Program-made: the position numbers and the translations under genes
Notes under the pieces: model-generated
Database searches by the model: none
What the model saw: the letters and a program-made list of their open reading frames with translations, nothing else
Told to the model about the DNA's origin: nothing
Shown: positions 59,270-64,000 of the stretch, piece after piece
Numbering within the stretch: the stretch's first letter is position 1
Layout: each line of letters opens with the position of its first letter
Assembly: GCA_002269645.1 (NCBI GenBank)
Contig: NIVC01000732.1
Coordinates: 372,001-436,000, forward strand
Origin: Macrostomum lignano
Taxonomy: Eukaryota
Reading direction: 5' to 3'
Length of the DNA stretch: 64,000 bases

Positions 59270-59572
59270 CCCGCAGATGAATTGCCCGCCGAGATTTGCC
59301 CGCAGTGCTTTTTTGCTGCAGCGCATTTTGCCAAACGGCAGATTTTGTCTGCGTTGCCCTCCTCCCATTGCTTTGTAAGTCTTAATAAAGAGATTTCGGG
59401 GGCATATGCATGAATTTATAGCTCACAGATGTTACCCCTGTATGTAAATAGAAATGAAAACCTACAAGAAAAAATATGCATACCATCGAAACGTTTAATT
59501 GCTCGGGTGAATCACTTTATTAAGACTTACTAAGCTTTGAGGACAAATCTCGGCGGGCAATTCGTCTGCGGG
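59270..59572. mobile_element. Small MITE-like element
   Basis: 32-bp inverted termini CCCGCAGATGAATTGCCCGCCGAGATTTGCCC (2 mismatches); no TSD recognised. Confidence 0.6.
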
Positions 59573-59579
59573 CTCCCAT

Positions 59580-61920
59580 CAACAGTCAAGAAGGGAATTC
59601 TGTAATCAACACTCAAGAGGGAATTCTGATGTATATATTCTGATGTATTCTGTAATCAACAGTCAAGAAGGGAATTCTGTAATCAACACTCAAGAGGGAA
59701 TTCTGATGTATATATTCTGATGTATTCTGTAATCAACACTCAAGAGGGAATTCTGATGTATATATTCTGATGTATTCTGTAATCAACACTCAAGAGGGAA
59801 TTCTGATGTATATATTCTGATGTATTCTGTAATCAACACTCAAGAGGGAATTCTGATGTATATATTCTGATGTATTCTGTAATCAACACTCAAGAGGGAA
59901 TTCTGATGTATATATTCTGATGTATTCTGTAATCAACAGTCAAGAAGGGAATTCTGTAATCAACACTCAAGAGGGAATTCTGATGTATATATTCTGATGT
60001 ATTCTGTAATCAACACTCGAGAGGGTAATTCTGATGTATCAACACTCACGAGGGAATTCTGTAATCAACACTCAAGAGGGTAATTCTGATGTATCAACAC
60101 TTAAGAGGGAATTCTGAGGTATCAACACCCAAGAGGGGAATTCTGAGGTATCAACACTCAAGAGGGGAATTCTGAAGTATCAACACTTAAGAGGGAATTC
60201 TGAGGTATCAACAGCCAAGAGGGGAATTCTGAGGTATCAACACTTATAAAGATGGACTTCTGAGGTATCAAAACTCAAGAGGGGAATACTGATGGATCAA
60301 CACTCAAGAGGGGAATTCTGATGGATCAACACTCAAGAGGGGAATTCTGATGGATCAACACTCAAGAGGGGAATTCTGATGGATCAACACTCAAGAGGGG
60401 AATTCTGAGGTATCAACACTTATAAAGATGGACTTCTGAGGTATCAAAACTCAAGAGGGGAATACTGAGGTATCAACACTCATGATGGAATTCTGAGGTA
60501 TCAAAACTCAAGAGGGGAATTCTGATGGATCAACACTCAAGAGGGGAATTCTGATGTATCAACACTCAAGAGGGGAATTCTGATGTATCAACACTCAAGA
60601 GGGGAATTCTGATGTATCAACACTCAAGAGGGGAATTCTGATGTATCAACACTCAAGAGGGGAATTCTGATGTATCAACACTCAAGAGGGGAATTCTGAT
60701 GTATCAACACTTAAGAGGGAATTCTGAGGTATCAACAGCCAAGAGGGGAATTCTGAGGTATCAACACTTATAAAGATGGACTTCTGAGGTATCAAAACTC
60801 AAGAGGGGAATACTGAGGTATCAACACTCATGATGGAATTCTGAGGTATCAAAACTCAAGAGGGGAATTCTGATGGATCAACACTCAAGAGGGGAATTCT
60901 GATGTATCAACACTCAAGAGGGGAATTCTGATGTATCAACACTCAAGAGGGGAATTCTGATGTATCAACACTTAAGAGGGAATTCTGTAATCAACACTCA
61001 AGAGGGTAATTCTGATGTATCAACACTCAAGAGGGAATTCTGATGTATCAACACTTAAGAGGGAATTCTGAGGTATCAACAGCCAAGAGGGGAATTCTGA
61101 GGTATCAACACTTATAAAGATGGACTTCTGAGGTATCAAAACTCAAGAGGGGAATACTGAGGTATCAACACTCATGATGGAATTCTGAGGTATCAAAACT
61201 CAAGAGGGGAATTCTGATGGATCAACACTCAAGAGGGGAATTCTGATGGATCAACACTCAAGAGGGGAATTCTGATGTATCAACACTCAAGAGGGGAATT
61301 CTGATGTATCAACACTCAAGAGGGGAATTCTGATGTATCAACACTTAAGAGGGAATTCTGTAATCAACACTCAAGAGGGTAATTCTGATGTATCAACACT
61401 CAAGAGGGAATTCTGATGTATAAACACTCAAGAGGGGAATTCTGATGTATCAAAACTCAAGAGGGGAATTCTGATGTATCAACACTTAAGAGGGAATTCT
61501 GAGGTATCAACACTTAAGAGGGAATTCTGATGTATCAACACTTAAGAGGGAATTCTGAGGTATCAACACCCAAGAGGGGAATTCTGAGGTATCAACACTT
61601 ATAAAAATGGACTTCTGAGGTATCAAAACTCAAGAGGGGAATTCTGATGTATCAACACTCAAGAGGGGAATTCTGAAGTATCAACACTCAAAAGGGAATT
61701 CTGTGATCAACACTCAAGAGGGTAATTCTGATGTATCAACACTCAAGAGGGAATTCTGAGGTATCAACACCCAAGAGGGGAATTCTGAGGTATCAACACT
61801 TATAAAAATGGACTTCTGAGGTATCAAAACTCAAGAGGGGAATTCTGATGTATCAACACTCAAGAGGGGAATTCTGATGTATCAACACTCAAGAGGGGAA
61901 TTCTGAGGTATCACGACTCA
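59580..61920. repeat. Compound minisatellite (~55-bp unit then ~28-31-bp unit ATCAACACTCAAGAGGGGAATTCTGATGT) with higher-order blocks
   Basis: About 2.3 kb; the variant unit ACTTATAAA(G/A)ATGGACTTCTGAGG recurs at least 6 times within conserved unit orders. Confidence 0.97.
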
Positions 61921-64000
61921 AGGTAGAGATTCTAAGATGGCATCCAAGGCTAAATGGAGAATGCTGAGATATACCATACTAAGGACGCAAAAAAAGTTTT
62001 TGAGATATTAACAGTTTGAGTGGGAGATTCTAATGCTCAAGTTGCTATGTTCTAATTCTATGATTCTAATGCTCAAGTGACATTCTAATGCCAATGTCAA
62101 AAAGCTTCACGACATCGACTGACGTCAGATTTTTAAGGGTTGCTTACAAGATTTGACCTTCCAGATTTCGCAGTCTCAGTCTCACTATATAGTTCTGTAG
62201 CTATACGCTGCAATGCTCATCGGACTTAGCATACCGATCAGATTATACTAGATAGGGATAAAAGAACCCTATAATTTCGAGACAGAATAAGAAAATCCGA
62301 GCATTCCAATCTCTCAGAGGATTTTTTCGGTCGCAGCATAAATTTGAATCCCTTTTAGTACAGGCGAAAACGTATTGCTTTTGATGAGGAAGTCTCTAGT
62401 TTGCTTTGAGAACTCAAGACACAGCTTATACAGTAGGAAGGGAGAATGTTGCTGTCCGGTCTAAAAATAGAAGCCAAATTTATTCCTCCCAAAGTCCCAA
62501 CCACGCCTTCCCTGCTCAAACCACCTACGCGCTTGATACGTCTAGCCCAGCTGAGACTGCAGGGGCTGTGGGTGGCGAGTGGGGGTGGTCGGTTGAAACT
62601 GGAATTGGGACACTCGGGTGGGAGGCTCTTCTAAAAGACGACTCTTGAGTATTGAGTGAGAGCGGGTGTAATAAGGTATGAGGGCCGAGGGCGAGGCGAC
62701 TTGAAATAGGAAAACTGAATGGCCATGGCTATTGCATTCATTTTTAAGTTCGCTGGTACTTATATTAGGCACCTAGAAATTTTATGATTTATGACCAAAA
62801 AAATCTGAGGCACTCGATGCGAGTCTTCATTCATCTTCTCCAATTCTAACGAAATGGAAAGAGTGCCTTTGAAAGCAAGAAAGCTATACATAGCAAGCAG
62901 CCTATAAACTATCAATAACTGTTTGGATTAACGCTTAGTTCGAGAGTTATTCGTATTTTCTCCTTTGCCTGCCCGGAGGCAATTTTTACCTTAGTCACGC
63001 ACGAACAGGGCAGAACACGCTAGCAAGCACGCACAAGGAGAGTCGCATGTTTTTGCTTGATAAATCGTCACTCTTCCTTTAGTTAGCTTTACTAGAAAAT
63101 AACACTGAACATTCCTCATTCCTCGATTCCTACAAACCTACGGAAATAGGGAAGCAGGAATGGATGGCGGCAGTTCGCATTAATTTGAATACGAGGGCTT
63201 GCCTAGCTGTCTATATGAATTTTTCTGCTCTAGGACTTCCTATTTGTTTTAGCTTGTGGGCCTGGGCCCGCCTGCCGGCCTCAGACTCTCGTGACTCTGC
63301 GGTCCTCGCTCGCCCCAGGCGGAGTTCCTCCGGCTGATGTAAGCGAATCTATTTTTAGCGCAGGTCGTCTATGCAATAATCAGCATCCCGTCCCGTGCCC
63401 CCCACTTCTACACGCTTTATCCATATGCTTTCTAACCTCATTATCGACTTCATTCCGATCCGACAAGCAGGGGACCACTCGGAGTAGAGCTTGGCAGAGC
63501 TATGCCGTTAGCCCTTCTGCCCCCTCCCCACTCCTCAGTCTGGCTATTTCAAACAACTTTCTGGAAATTTCTCAGCAAGGGGGGTTGCGCCAATGATCGG
63601 ATTGAAGGACGCGGCCTCTCATTGGCTGGCTTGCAAAGGACGGGGTTAAGATTGTACGCACTGGTCCCGTTGAATGTACACTGAAGAGTGAAGAAGGTCG
63701 TGTGGACAGAGAGAACTAGTGGTTTCGCTTTAGAGTGAAGCTTGTTGCGTGTATAAATAGAACAGCCAAGCCCACTCAGACCTATAAGGCCTTTTTCAAT
63801 AACTTGTGCAACCAATCAATTTTATTAATCTTAGATTTTTGTCTTTGGCCAAAAGCTACTTGAAACTAGAATTATTTCTAAAAGCCTAACCAGCTTTTTC
63901 AACTAAATTCGACTGTCTCGCAACAACGCAAGTTATAGTAAATTTTCCACTGCCAACCTTGCGTGATTCGAGTTAATAATGACTTGCATAGCGAGCAATA

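Noticed and set aside
62400-64000. Short ORFs at the right end
   Set aside because: No homology, motifs or consistent splice structure; probably intergenic or promoter DNA.

Overview
Eukaryotic (invertebrate animal) genomic DNA. The style (GC-rich exons, AT-rich intergenic DNA, minisatellite-filled introns) resembles the flatworm Macrostomum, but that is inference only. All four host genes lie on the minus strand, and their exons were assembled by hand with consistent splice phases. They are an ELAPOR/KIAA1324-family receptor (3' end runs off the window), RPS28, a nucleolin-like gene (RGG-acidic-2xRRM) and a TTLL10-like gene with degenerate catalytic motifs. The transposon load is heavy. (1) An 8.5-kb CMC/EnSpm (CACTA-like) element with CCC termini, a 12-bp TIR and a TT TSD encodes a spliced transposase plus a second spliced coiled-coil/BEN-domain protein; the transposase is split by one TAG in a CARYYA readthrough context. 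(2) A full-length RTE-type LINE with a 13-bp TSD sits inside a nucleolin coding exon. (3) A hAT-type MITE family (two full copies) carries a ~64-bp, site-mutated copy of the 28S rRNA R2/I-PpoI/Pokey target region. (4) A Mutator-like element is nested in one arm of a foldback element. (5) There are also Gypsy, mariner and I-group relics and about 15 minisatellite or low-complexity arrays. No CRISPR array, intact rRNA gene or intact tRNA gene is supported.
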